Translations under genes and position numbers: made by a program
Shown: one piece after another, positions 51,490 to 64,000 of the stretch
How positions within the stretch are numbered: position 1 is the first letter of the stretch
Layout of the letters: the number at the start of each line of letters is the position of its first letter
Assembly: GCA_030390025.1 (NCBI GenBank)
Contig: CM059432.1
Span: 39,434,001 to 39,498,000 of the forward strand
Source: Squalus acanthias
Taxonomy: Eukaryota
Length of the DNA: 64,000 bases
Direction: 5' to 3'
The notes under the pieces: model-generated
Databases searched by the model: none
What the model was told of the DNA's origin: nothing
The model's input: the letters and a program-made list of their open reading frames with translations, nothing else

Positions 51490-52281
51490 GGTAGGCCAGG
51501 TTGTGGGCAGTCGACCTGCTACCAGGAGGCGGGTCGTCTATTTAAATATTATAATGTGGCAGGTGTGCCTTGGATTTAATCACGATTTTAAATTTAACAG
51601 TGGCTGATCAGGTTTTGCAGGCCTTGTGAAACCCACTAGCCTTTCCACTTACATCCTGGATCCAGCGTCCCTGCCTAACCCACCCCCCGCAATCAGAGAT
51701 CCCTCGAAGAGGCCTCCGATCCCCATGCCAGGCCTCTGATTCCACCCCGCCCCAGGCCTCCGATCGCCTTCCCGGCCTCCTCCCCTCCCACCATGCTCCT
51801 CCAGCCCCCCTGATGTCATCTGCCTCCATTCCCCCCCATGCTCCTCCAGCCCGTCAATGAGCTCCTCCGGCCCCCCGATGAGTTCCTCCGGCCCCCCGAT
51901 GAGTTCCTCCAGCCCCCCGATGAGTTCCTCCGGCCCCCCGATGAATTCCTCCGGCCCCCCAATAAGCTCCTGCCATCCCCTGATGAGCTATCCCCCCCAC
52001 CCCCCACCCTGATGAGGTCCTTCGGCCCCTCAATGATTTCCTCCGACCCCCACACATTCTGTCCCTCCCTCTTCTATGGAGCCTAGTGCCGCAGGTCTAC
52101 CTGCCCGCAGCCCGCCAGCCTTTCCATCTGGTGGGCTGTGGGTGAGAAATAGAGGTTTCAAATGCAAATCAGGCCCTGCTGTTAAATTCGGCAGGGCCTG
52201 CGAGAAACCCGTTCTTCCGGGTTTCCCGACCACTTCCGAGCTCACCCACTCCCAACCCACCAAAGGATTAAAATTCAGTCC
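51490..52281. mobile_element. MITE-like GC-rich element containing a minisatellite
   Basis: Ends TTAAAATTCAGTCC; resembles the other Harbinger-type MITEs; the left TIR was not found. Confidence 0.4.
51835..52050 (+). repeat. 21-bp minisatellite (CCCCCCGATGAGTTCCTCCGG)n
   Basis: About four near-perfect central units with degenerate flanking units. Confidence 0.9.
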
Positions 52282-53165
52282 AAAGAGTCTGCAAAGGGAT
52301 ACAGGCAGATTAAGTGAGTGGGCAAGAAGGGGCAGATGGAGTATAATATGGGGAAATGTGAAGTTATTCTCTTTGGTAGGAAGAATAGAAAAACAGAATC
52401 TTTTTTAAATGGTGAGAAACTATTAAATGTTGGTGTTCAGAGGGATGTATGTGGGTGTCCTTGTATACGAAACACAGAAAGTTAACATACAGGTACAACA
52501 AGCAAATAAGAAGGCAAATGGTATGTTGGCCTTTATTGCAAGAGGGTTGGAGTGCAAGAGTAAGGAAGTCTTGCTACAGGGCTTTGGTAAGACCACAACT
52601 GGAGTACTATGTACAGTTTTGGTCTCCGCACCTAAGGAAGGATATACTTGCCTTAGAGGCGGTGCAACGAAGGTTCACTAGATTGACCCCTGGGATGAGA
52701 GGGTTGTCCTATGAGGAGAGATTGAGTAGATTGGGCCTATACTCTCTGCAGTTTAGAAGAATGAGCTGTGATCTCATTGAAACATATAAGATTCTGAGGG
52801 GGATTGACAGAATAAGAATAGATGCTGAGAAGTTGTTTACCCTGACTGGAGAGTCTAGAACTAGGTGACATAGTCTCAGGGTAAGGGGTCGGCCATTTAG
52901 GACTAAGATGAGGAAAAACTTCTTCACTCAGAGGGTTGTGAACCTTTGAAATTCTCTACCCCAGAGGGCTGTGGATGCTCAGTCGTTGAGTATATTCAAG
53001 GCTGAGATCGATAGATTTTTGGACTCGAAGGGAATCAAGGGATACGGGGATCAGGCGGGAAAGTGGAGTTGAGGTCGAAGATCAGCCATGATCTTATTGA
53101 ATGGCGGAGCAGGCTCGAGGGGCCATATGGCCTACTCCTCCTCCTATTTCTTATGTTATGTTCTT
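52282..53165 (+). mobile_element. CR1 3' fragment
   Basis: LQRD..RLSEWA, ANGMLAFIARGLE, ALVRPQLEY and ESRTR; ttatg-type tail. Confidence 0.92.
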
Positions 53166-54389
53166 ATGATGGTATCATGATGTTGTTACATTTTGAGCTC
53201 TTACCAGATGCTTATTTTTTACACCTAACACAAAAATCAACCAGCAGAGGCAAGCAATCTTGCTCATATGATCTGAAACATGACCCAGTGCTAAAAGTAA
53301 TTTGGCGTTGTTTGATTTGGGCAATCATTTATTAGGACCAATTTTTCTCTGATGTGCCTGCAGATCTCTCACTTCCTAGGCATAAAGGAACAGGAAAGGG
53401 ACAGTGATCAGTGACACTAGACACCTTGAGGAGAGGAAGTGTTCTTGCATCTGTTGCAGGCACAAGTAAAGCTTAGCCGGGTGTTCTCATTTCCTCTCCC
53501 AATACGGGAAGAGCACCCGTTTTGGGTCAGTCCCAACAAAAGTGGGCATTAAGGTGCAATATAAGAAATCTAAAATATATAGTAGGCTCACCCTTGATGG
53601 GTTATGTATGTGACTAAAATACTTGTTTCACTACCACCATAACATGCGTAAAAAAAGAGATCAATTTTAGTAATTTATTTTACATTGTGAAACTACTTTA
53701 CTTCAACAAATGGTAACAATTTAGGCCATGTTTCCCATCACAAATTATAGGCTGTATAAGTTATTTTGGAAGACTACTTTTGCCTTGGCAAACTAGAATC
53801 ACCTCTTACAGTGTCCTTTTCCTGGCACATATGCCCTATAAAACAACCTATGGTTATTATCCACAGATTCTTCCTGTTCCAGGAAAACTAGAAATAGTTT
53901 TACTAGTGTTTTTGTGCAAACAAAGTATACAGCACAACCCCTCACACCCCCCTCCCCCCCCAATAAAAACTTGGTTTAAGCATTTTTTAAAGTAGCAGGG
54001 TATCTTTCTTCAAGAAGCCTCTAGACTTTAAGGAAGTGGTAACAGCTGCAATCTTCTATCCGTGAAGTAACAGAAACAGAGTTATGTATAAACAACTGCA
54101 AACTGGGCATATAGCGGACAAAAGCAGTGGATAAACGTTCAGTTACAGTAATGGGTGAAATAAAGATTGTTCTGAGTAGACTATAATAAACTTTGTCAAT
54201 AGATCTCTTCAAAAGTCAACTCAATGATCAAGTGAAGAGGCCCATAATAAAACTGAGCAAAAGGTGGCCTAAAACAAACTTACATAATTTTATTATTACA
54301 CTTCAGTATTACTGTACTATACCACATATAGCAACGTACAAAAATAGTTTGCATGTTTTATACAATAGCACTCCAAATCAAGGATTTTC

Positions 54390-54975
54390 TTTTTATTCAT
54401 TCATGGGATGTAGATATCACTGACAAGGCCGGCATTTATTGCCCATTCCTAGTTGCCCTGAGAAGGTTGTGGTGGACCACCTTCTTGAACCACTTCAGTA
54501 GTGGTTTGATACAACTGAGTGGCTTACTAGGCCACTTGAGAGGGCAGTTAAGAGTCAACCATGTTAGTGTGGGACTGGAGTCACATATAGGTCAGACCAG
54601 GTAACAACAGAAGGTTTCCTTCCCTAAAGGACATTAGGGAACCAGTTGGGTTTTTACAACAATCCAATACCTTCATGGTCATTTTTGTACTGATACCAGC
54701 TTTTTATTTCCAGATTATTTTAATTGAATTCTCAAACTGCCCTGCTGGGATTTGAACTCATGTTCACTGGATTAGTAATCAAGGCCTCTAGCATTATGAA
54801 TCCAGGAACATAACCACCAATGTTCCCGTGCAGCAATCTGCAAGGTCCCGCACAGGACGCTCATCGGCTTTTTCATTGTAAATACCGTGCATGCGCAGAA
54901 ATTTAAAGGGACCGCACATTAAAAGAACAAAGGGAGCTTACAGGGAACATTGATAACCATTATACACTACCATAA
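54390..54975 (-). mobile_element. tRNA-headed SINE composed of the 5' and 3' ends of the 37748-40977 LINE
   Basis: 54392-54493 matches 37756-37858 and 54498-54817 matches 40637-40962. Confidence 0.88.
54818..54952. mobile_element. hAT-type MITE (135 bp) nested in the SINE head
   Basis: TIRs CAATGTTCCC...GGGAACATTG; 8-bp TSD ATAACCAC/ATAACCAT. Confidence 0.88.
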
Positions 54976-57899
54976 CTATCTAATTGCAACTTTGGTAGGA
55001 ACTTAGATGTTAAGTGCTGCAAAATGGTAAAATGTAGTACGATTCTAATGGTTTAATGGGCCAAATAGTCTCATTCTACATTGGCATTTCTTTGTTTCTG
55101 AGGGGTACAAACAGAAGCATAGAATAAATGGGAATGGAGTCTAGGAAGTAGCCTCAGGGAGAAAATGTAAAAACATTTCTGTCCATTGGACAAGCAATCT
55201 ATGCGCCTGCAAACCCCGTCCAGGTTCTGAGGACATGTAGGCAACTATTAGCATTGACCTCCTAAATTACAGAACTAAAATTACTGTAATTATAAATCAA
55301 TCCATGAGTATTTTCATATCAGATCCAGGTCCTCCTTAAAATGCTATTTTTGGAAGTCAAACAGAAGTGTATTATAAAGGTGGTTGTTATAAAGGAATAA
55401 CAGTTGCTGGTCTCTATTAATTGGGGAACCACAAAAAATGTTCCTCTATCAGAGGTTATGATATATTAAAGCTTTATGGTGGGGGTCAAATTACTACTAT
55501 TGCCACATGCACCAAATGAATTACTAGTTTCACAATTTTGCAGTCAGAAGCTTGATCTCCTCATCGCTGTGCTTACCAGCCAACAGACACAACTCTTTAA
55601 TTCAAGCCTATCTCAGATTGTTCTGAGGAGAGTACAATAAAATGTGTTTGTAGATCTCTTCAAAGGTCAACTCAATGGCCCAAGCAAAGAGGTCTATGAT
55701 ACAATTGAGCAAATGTAGGATAGGTGATTTTTTTAAATGTAAGCAAGATGAAGTTGTCCACCTGGCCAGATGATTAAGGGCCATGGGAGAAGAACCAGAA
55801 AATCAGAAGGAGCAGAGGAGCAAGAGGATGTTCACCCTCAGGTACCAATTGTAATTGGAGGAGTGATTTAAAATTTGCCAATTTCTGGTAAATATAAAAT
55901 ATATATTGATATAATATGATATAACAATTGTCACGCACATATATAAATTAAAACATTTAAAACTAAAATGTAATTTGACATTGCCATGGTATTGTTGTAT
56001 TTTGCTTCTTTAAAACATAACTTAATCTTGATGTTAAACATTTACATGTTTGTCCTAATCCTAAGCAATATTTGGCACAAACATGTAGCTCATAAGTGAT
56101 AGTAATGTCACATATAATTTATACTTGTAATTTGTAAGTTATGAAGTAAGTTATGACATTATCTCTTGACCAAGTTCATTAAATTGCACCAATTGAAATT
56201 CTGATTCAGCCCCCAGGATATTGCCCCTAGTCTAGTCAATCAATAAATGGAAAAGATTAAAAGATACCCATGATTCCATAATATTGTCCTCATTCATCAG
56301 CTAGCAAACAAAGCAAAGTTACTTGTGATATTTGAGAACCATTAGAGTTAAAGCACCTCCAGTCCATCTGTTTTATTTTACATTTCCCTTATGGTACCTG
56401 TAGTTCTCCTTAAGGCTGTTGTCTAAATTATGAAAAATGTAGGAGAATCCTGACATGTAGCAAACCAACATGGACAAATAAATGATTGCACCCATGCCTG
56501 TTCTAAGTAGTATTAGACAGCTCCACGAATATTGTGCTGTAATTGAGATGATGGAGTTATATTGGCCAATCAATCATAGGGTACAAGAGATGAACACGTG
56601 CACAGTGTGATTTGCCAGCCTCCTTTACTTCCTATAAACTTTACGCAGCATCCTGTATCAGCACTCAGGATGAAATGAATTCCAGTACAGAAAGCAGTGT
56701 AACTTTTGAAGGAAGACAAGTAAACTTAGGTTTTATGTTACCTCTAGTTGTACTGCGCCAACACAAAGAAAAACTATTGTGAGACCACTCAAGGCCACCA
56801 CTTGGTCTCCAGTGGAGAGGAGGCCAGCATGGGCAGTGCTATACTACACTTAGGGTTCTTCATGAGGAAAACTGTAGTATGGACAAAGTCCCAAAAGTGC
56901 AGTATAATAGGGAAATAATATGCTGTAGCAAAGGTTGGAGAGGAGGACACAGTAATTGAAAGGAAGAGGAATTCACCATCTGATATTCAGGTTGTGACAT
57001 TGCTGTTAGTTTTGCTGACATGCATCCATGTACATCTAGTCATGAGATATGCCCCTGAGATGGGGCTGATTTGTGCTGGTGTCAATTCAGAACTCAGCTA
57101 GTTTATACTGGTAAATGGAGATCAAATTTTAGAATGCTTGCAATCTTTGTTCGCACTATAAATTTGTATTAGTCATCATGAAACAATTTATCAATACCAG
57201 AAGTTTCTTAGGAATTTTCTTATTTCAAGTTCGCATCCATGTGGATTTGACTTTATAGAATTTTTGTGACACAAGATAAATCAGCAACCAGTTACAGCAT
57301 TCATTTTAAATGTGATGACTTTAAACACAACCCTCCAATATTGCAGGCAAGTATTCTCAGTTTCAAGATGCAGCATTGGTTTTGGGGCAGGTGGGTGAGG
57401 AGGGTCAACTTCACAATACTATGATCCATCAAGTAAGACAGAATGATTGTTGGTGGAGCAGCTCACTCATGTTATGGTTGAAAAGAATGCAGGAGTGCAA
57501 ATACTGGAAGACCTGCATGAGTGCAAGAAATTTCTTAAAGCCTCAAAAACAGAACCACACAAAGTAACTCTACACTAAAAAGCACTAACAGATTCATGGT
57601 ATTAAATTCCTGGGTTGATGAGGAGGTAGATAATCAGTGTGTAGGAATTGATTGTCAGAAGGGGAGAAGGTAAGTGAGGAAATTAAGTAGTGCCAAGTGG
57701 GACTGCATTAGTATAGATCGCAGAGGATAAAATGCAGCTAGATGAGAATTTGTAATAGAAAACTCAGTAGTGAAGTACTACAAAAGTGAGCTGTACAACA
57801 GTGGTAACATTGATAAGCTTTTTTTCTCTTAAAGTAAAGAGAAGGGGCTCTGAATTTCTGTGGACCTTCCAGGCCATTCAGCCACATAAGCTGAAAAGG

Positions 57900-58725
57900 C
57901 CCAGGAATTGAGTTCATCCTACAGCAGGATTTTGACAACATCCAGGCTTGAGTTTATAAATGAGAGGTAACATTTGCACCCCATAAGTGCCAGGTAATGA
58001 TCATCTCCAACAAAAACCGCCCAATTACTCCACCAAATCTTCAACAGCATTACCATTGCCAAGTCTCCCAATATCGCCATCTTGAGGGGGAGGGTCACTA
58101 TTGACCAGCCATAGCAACACTGGCTACTTGAGCAGGATGGAGGCTGGGCACTCTGTGACCAGTGGCTCAACTCTTGTTCCCTCAAAGTCTGTCCACGATC
58201 TACAAGGCTCAAGTCAGGAATGTGATGGATTACTCATCATTCGCCTGGATGGGTGCAGCCACAACAACACTCAAGAAAGTCAACACCATTCACAACAAAG
58301 TAGCTTAGTTAATCCGCACTCTTGCCATTGGATTCAGTACTCACCTACTTCATCACTGGCGCACTGCGGCTGCAGTATGTATGATCAACAGGATGCACTG
58401 TAGCAACACTATAAGCTTACTTCAACAGGACTTCCCTCCCCTGTGACAAAGTAGGACAAGAGCAGCAAATATTATGGGAATCCATCACCTCCATGTTTCC
58501 CTCCAAGTACACACCATCCTGATTTGGACATAAATCACTGTTCCTTCATCATCGCTAAGTCAAAACCCTGGAATTCTTTAACCAACACCATTATGGGAGC
58601 ACCATACACCAAAAGGACTACACCACTTCAAGAAACCTGCCTACCACCACCATCTCAAGGTAACAAGGGATGACAATAAATATGGCCTTAGCGGCATCAT
58701 CCACTTCCCAAGAACAAATTTTAAA
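57900..58725 (+). mobile_element. Diverged 3' fragment of the 37748-40977 LINE family
   Basis: Colinear with the reverse complement of ~37750-38600. Confidence 0.8.
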
Positions 58726-59107
58726 AATTGGAAAGCACTACTTGTGAACTATTCAAACAAACTTTGATTGGGAAATTAATTATAATATTGTTAATATGAG
58801 TGATTTTACAAAAGAGAAAATAGCTGAAGCAATATGGGTAATGATAAGACACCAAACTAATAATTGCATTCTTATATTTCTGTCATGGAAACCTGCTAAG
58901 AGCAGCTATACACATGAGATGTACAAGGCAGGACTAAAAGAGTATAGAATATTGCAACATTAGGACTATTAGGTTATGTTTAGAAGTAGAATTATTGATA
59001 AGAATGGACGTAACAGCTATTAAAGTGTTGAAGTAATAGATGAAGATAAACTAGCAGAAGCAACTGAATTAACATTACAAATGATAAGGACAATTACTAG
59101 CAACATT

Positions 59108-59925
59108 GGGGGCGATTTTACCAGCCCTGGGGAGGCAGGTTTGGAAATGGCAAAATTTGGGGGTGGGTGCCCAACCTGCCTCTATGCCATCTTGCCAGGA
59201 GGCGGGTAGCCGTCCTGCGCCGGGTCCCATCTCCTTGGAGGTGGGAAGGGATTACATCCACTTAACTGCCTGTTAACAGGTAGTTAACAGGCAGAAAATA
59301 GGATTATCCCCATTTTGAGCTCTGAAGTGCGGGCTTCCCGAAGGCTCCGAAACCTGCCAGGGTCACCGAGGCGAGTAGTGTGTCTGCGGGGGTCGGAGGG
59401 GTCCAAAAGTGTGCTGTGAAGGTGAGTGATGGGTGCAAGTGTGGAGAGGTGAGTATCTGAGGTAAGTGCAAAGTGTTAGAAAAAGTGTACTTACCTTTGT
59501 TTCTTCCTGCAGGCTTCAATTGGTGTGTATGCGGAGAGTCTCGCACCTCCGCGGTAGAGATGACAGATGGCCGTTGCATTCTCCAATGCAACAACCATCT
59601 CATTTCTGCAAAAGAAAGAGGTTTGATGAGGTCTTGAGTACAAGACCTCATCAAACTACAGAGAATGTCACTGTTTGACAGCTTCACAGAAATGTCAAAC
59701 GATAACAATTCATCTGTCAAAAATTTTTGACAGATGAAACGTCATACGTTGACGTTCTCAGTGACCGGCTTTCCCTTAATTGGCCTGCTAAACCCACTAG
59801 GCGCGCTTAACAAGGTCAATCAAGGAAAAATAGCGTGGGTTGGCCAGAGGTTGATGGAGGCGGGACTGAAACCCGACAAGTGGGAGTCCCGCCTCCAATA
59901 GCTCCCCATTGGCAAAATCACCCCC
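59108..59925. mobile_element. PIF/Harbinger-type MITE
   Basis: TIRs GGGGGCGATTTTACC and (rc) GGGGGTGATTTTGCC; TSD ATT at 59105-59107 and 59926-59928. Confidence 0.85.
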
Positions 59926-60009
59926 ATTGTCTCAAAGTGACAATGAAAGGATTTAAATACACAATGGTAAAGTTGGGCATTTCAGGGTCAGCTGTAAGGG
60001 AAAGATATA

Positions 60010-60782
60010 GGGCTGGATTTTGTCTTGGGGTCGGGTTGGGGTCGTGTAATCCGCATTTCGTGTTTCCCCCCCGACTCCAGATTAATGTGGATGAATGATG
60101 CAATTTTCACTTAATTGGGCAATTGAGTTCCAGCATGTGGGAACCCATGAACTAATTAGTGGTTTCAGTCTGAAAGTCGCCTCTGATGATGTCATCATTG
60201 CTGACTGCCTAGTCTGAGAGACTGTTGGTGAGAGAGGACCTGCCTGGCTTGCTTTTGATGTGAGTGGACCTGGATGCAAAATATGGGGTGAGAGGGGGGG
60301 GAAAGGAGAGAGAGAGAGAGAATGAATTTTTTTTTGCATCCAAGTCCTCTCACAGCAAAGGCCAGGCAGTCTCTGAACACATTCAATGCAGCAGCGGTGA
60401 CTTTCAGACCTAATACTACTACTACCTTCATCACATCTCCGTTGTAATAGTAAACCTACAGCTGATAGTCAGCTGTCCACTTGTGCTCCCGCCAGGTTTC
60501 ACTGGAGTGTTTCACACCAGCCGTACTTCACGTCAGAAAAGGGTTAAACTAGCTAAAATGTTTCAAAATGGCATTACAGAGCCAATTTAGAGCTTGTTAA
60601 GGGCTTTAATGGCCTCTCCCGCCTCTTGGAGGCGGGACGGAGTCGGGAACCCCACGACTGATTTTGTCAAAATTGCGTGGAGGTGGGATGGAGTCGGGAT
60701 GGGGTCGGAAACCCCGACCCCGCAAATTTAACCCCCCACACGCCTCCAAACCCGACTCCATGGGTCATTCAAAATCCAGCCC
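60010..60782. mobile_element. PIF/Harbinger-type MITE
   Basis: Perfect TIR GGGCTGGATTTTG; TSD ATA at 60007-60009 and 60783-60785. Confidence 0.85.
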
Positions 60783-61232
60783 ATAAACCCAGATAACTTA
60801 ATGGAGACAATGGGACAATTTTTTGACCGATCACGTGACAAAGGGTACTACGGCAATTGCCATATTAGATTTAATAGCCCATTAAAATGATTAATAGCTA
60901 TGAGCTGGATGAACACTTGGGCCCTAGTCATAATTTTATAGTCAGATTTGCTATTGTAATTAAGGCTAAAGCCAAAAATAATAGATTTTAGAACAAATTT
61001 TGTGACTGCGAAAGATGAGGATCAAGTGGGAGATAGAGCTAAAAAGATAAAACTACAGAAGAGAAATAGAATTTTTAAGACTTGTTTACGCGATATTGAT
61101 GTAAGGTACAATCATTATGACAAAACAGAATACTAGCAAGACATAGGTCACAGGATCTGAATAAGGTCAGGAATTATAGAGGAGTGAAGAATGATCTTAA
61201 CAGATATCGTAATTCTATTATTACGACTACTA

Positions 61233-61615
61233 ATACAACTTGCATTTATATAGCACCTTTAACATGGAAAAACTTCACAGAGGCATAATCAAAAAAATGC
61301 TTGCTGAGCCAAAGAAAGAGATATGAGGAAGGGTGACCAAAGTTTGGTCATGGAGGTGGGTTTTAAGGAGGATCCTAAAAAAGGAGTGGGAGATGGACGG
61401 ATCTGGGGAGGAAATTCCAGACCAAAGGGCCAAGATATAGGTGAAGGAATGGTCACTGATGGTGGGGCGAAAGTAGGGGGTATACACAAGAGGCTAGAGT
61501 CAGAGATACGGAGACTTGGGGGGTGGGGGGTAGTAGGACGGAGAAGATTACAGAGATAGGGAGGGATAAACATATTTTAAATTTGATTTATTTGGGGACC
61601 TAGAGCCAATAGAGA
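61233..61615 (-). mobile_element. L2 3' fragment
   Basis: Similar to 21055-21430. Confidence 0.75.
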
Positions 61616-62019
61616 GGAATATGCAACAGTCTGCCAATCTTCAGAACTGTGGTTGTGGCAACTTTAATTGCAATTTCAAACAAGCCACAGATGGAAAATA
61701 GGAGGCCAGAAATAAATCCAAAACATGTCAATAAAAATAGCCACAACTGAAACCAGAAATACAATTAAAAAATAAATAAGGTACCTTGGGAGGTAAAGTA
61801 AAAATAAAATAAGGTAAGTAATTGAGAATAAGGTTTTGATGAGGTAAGAACAAAGTTATTTTACACCTTGAGCAAGGTTTATAAAGTGGTTGGTTAATAG
61901 TATTAAAAATATTTGTAATTTTTCAGTATCAACAAGGTGTGTAACATATTTTCATTGTGCCAGTCTTGTGCTACATTTCTTCAGTAAATTTGCTACATTA
62001 CAGAGATAATTCCCATAAC

Positions 62020-62140
62020 CTACAGGGCTACGGACCAAGAGCTGGAAAGTGGGATTAGGCTGGATAGCTCTTGTTCGGCCGGCACAGACAGGATGGGCCA
62101 AATGGCCGCCTTCTGTGCCGTAAATTTCCATGATTCTATA
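62020..62140 (+). mobile_element. CR1 3' tail
   Basis: Similar to 6855-6960. Confidence 0.75.
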
Positions 62141-62299
62141 GTTGAACTGCTGTCATATTTAGGTATGGTTTGGTCCTGGCTATCCAATGCCACAGGAAAT
62201 CTGCCAGCATATTATTAAGAAACTCTTGTTTCTTAATGCCACTCCTTGTAATCTCCATGAATAACTGAGCATGAAATAAGTGCATCTTCTCTCTATTAC

Positions 62300-63100
62300 A
62301 AGCAATTCAGTGATCATAAGCTATACAACTCTTTCCTTACACCAAGCTTCTCCTGGGTGAATAAATCTGCCTTTCCTTCTACTATTCTAGTGTTTCTTCC
62401 AGGGGCAACCTAAGAGTCAGTATTGCGAGAGGTGGTTGGCTACCTTTGTGGTACACAAGGCTCATGGGACTGAGGTGGCCCTCTTCTTATGGCATTTTGG
62501 TGCTAGGAGGGAGCCACTACTGGCTGCATCTCTTGGACAGCCTGGTGTCACTTTCTATGTGCCGCTTGCATGGTGCTCTGAGAGAGAAGGCTAGATGCCT
62601 GGCAAATGATGCCTGAGAAAGAGGATCCTCAGCAGGTCCACTCCAGCTGTCATTATTGCCCTGGGTCTTGGATATGTTTGTATACATATTATCAAAATGG
62701 CTGGTCTAATGTCAGCTTTCAGATCCTGAAAGCTCTGCGAGACAGCTGCCTACATCCTGGCCCATGTGTCTGAAAGCCAGGGTACAATGTGCTGTCTAAT
62801 CTGTGCCAACAGACATCAGGGCAACACTCTGCACTTCTGTGGAAGAGGAAACACTGACTGGCACTGGCAACTTGACAGATGAGGAAATGTTGCAGATTCC
62901 AATGCCGCTCCATTGTTGCCTGCATTGGAGAAATAGATTACATAATGTTACTGTAAGTGAGGGCTGCAGTCTCTAGAGTCACAGCTGTCAGTTGCTGCAC
63001 ATCCTTTGAGACTGACCTCAGAGTCTGCACATAGAGGTGATGGTCTTCGTACATTCTTCTCTTCAAGCAAGTACCCATGATGAGTTCCATGACTCCTTAG
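62300..63100 (-). mobile_element. Highly degenerate Harbinger transposase remnant
   Basis: Broken minus-strand pieces (LQP.., QAT..GICNISS.., HKG..) in the order seen at 9040-9600. Confidence 0.4.
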
Positions 63101-63733
63101 CCACGGACAGCCTTTTCCTCGGCCTCTGCTGGGAAGCAGGCACAACCTCACCCATCACCCACTCCTCTAGCCCCATCATTCTCTATGAATTAACTGGTGC
63201 CACATCCTCACTGACACAATTTACTTCCCAGTTCCCACTCTCCACCACCCCGCTCCCCCAGGTGAAAGTATCTGAACTGTTATGTGGGAGTGAGAACAAG
63301 TGATGCAGGGGGTGAGATCACGGGGGTTGGGGCAGAAGAACACGAAGCCAGATCTGGAACACTGGTCCTGTGCAGCACTGGGAGAAAGATGCCAGGAGAA
63401 TCAGCCCAGAAATAAGAATAAAATTCTGAAAAACATCATGAACCTTTCCTGTAAAATGTATGTATTAATGTTGGAAATACCTACAAGAAGTTGCCCCCAC
63501 ATAGACCTGCCCTTCTGTCTGGCATCTGAGGCTTGAAAATTTCACATGGGCCTTATGTGCTGCAGAATTTTAGCTACTGTGGGCAAACTGTGTGTGTCAG
63601 AAAGATGGGAATTATAGTTTTCAGTTTGTTCTATGGATTTAACAATTCAGGAATGCAGTGCAACAACCCATGTCACATGACAAACCAGGTAGAAAAGGAC
63701 CAGGGAGTTCCAGCTCATGTGGAGAAATTCTGT

Positions 63734-63896
63734 GGGGATAATTTGAACCTACCCTGCCTGGCAGGATTGAATCATCCGTCCGTGAAACACTCTGTGTGAC
63801 TGAAGTCAATTGAAAGTAAAATCGGGCGGGGTGTAAAGCGGCAGCTGATCCAATCCCATCAGCTTCCCACTGGACGGGTTATGTTAAAATAACCCC
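63734..63896. mobile_element. Short Harbinger-type MITE
   Basis: TIRs GGGGATAATTTGAAC and (rc) GGGGTTATTTTAAC; TSD TGT on both sides. Confidence 0.55.
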
Positions 63897-64000
63897 TGTG
63901 TGTTTGAAAGAGGGGAGTTGAGAGTTGTAGTTTTTTTTTTTACTTGCTGTAGAGAGTACTGTGACAATGTTACATACAGCATAAGCCATTAAATAAAAAT

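Noticed and set aside
51835..52050. CRISPR-like array, repetitive proteins or hammerhead (CTGATGAG)
   Set aside because: Contiguous tandem units with no unique spacers; ORFs are an artefact of the 21-bp unit; no downstream GAAA or helices.
58740..61920. Ancient LINE remnants in AT-rich DNA between MITEs (EAIWV..., YLG..)
   Set aside because: Too degraded to bound or classify by eye.

Overview
Vertebrate genomic DNA, most likely a cartilaginous fish (shark-type HE1/V-SINE, SacSINE1-like DeuSINE, CR1 and Penelope families; recognised by eye, no database search). The window is a dense, nested transposon landscape. It holds many 5'-truncated CR1 LINEs, L2 fragments and Penelope elements (one young copy has an open GIY-YIG ORF and an intact minimal hammerhead ribozyme). 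It also holds PIF/Harbinger remnants (Myb/SANT + transposase) with 3-bp-TSD MITEs, hAT MITEs with 8-bp TSDs, an L1 ORF1 remnant, a probable LTR and a processed RPL27 pseudogene fragment. I could not identify a host protein-coding gene. Best observations: (1) a single-ORF APE-RT LINE with a tRNA-derived Pol III head, plus a SINE built from its two ends; (2) two independent Penelope insertions within a few codons of each other in the same CR1 ORF2 motif, both with short 5' inversions, one creating an in-frame CR1-RT/Penelope-GIY-YIG fusion; (3) a V-SINE/CR1-tail chimera under one TSD; (4) a locally templated inverted duplication with an iterative junction; (5) candidate enhancer and promoter motif clusters. 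Boundaries of degraded elements are approximate.
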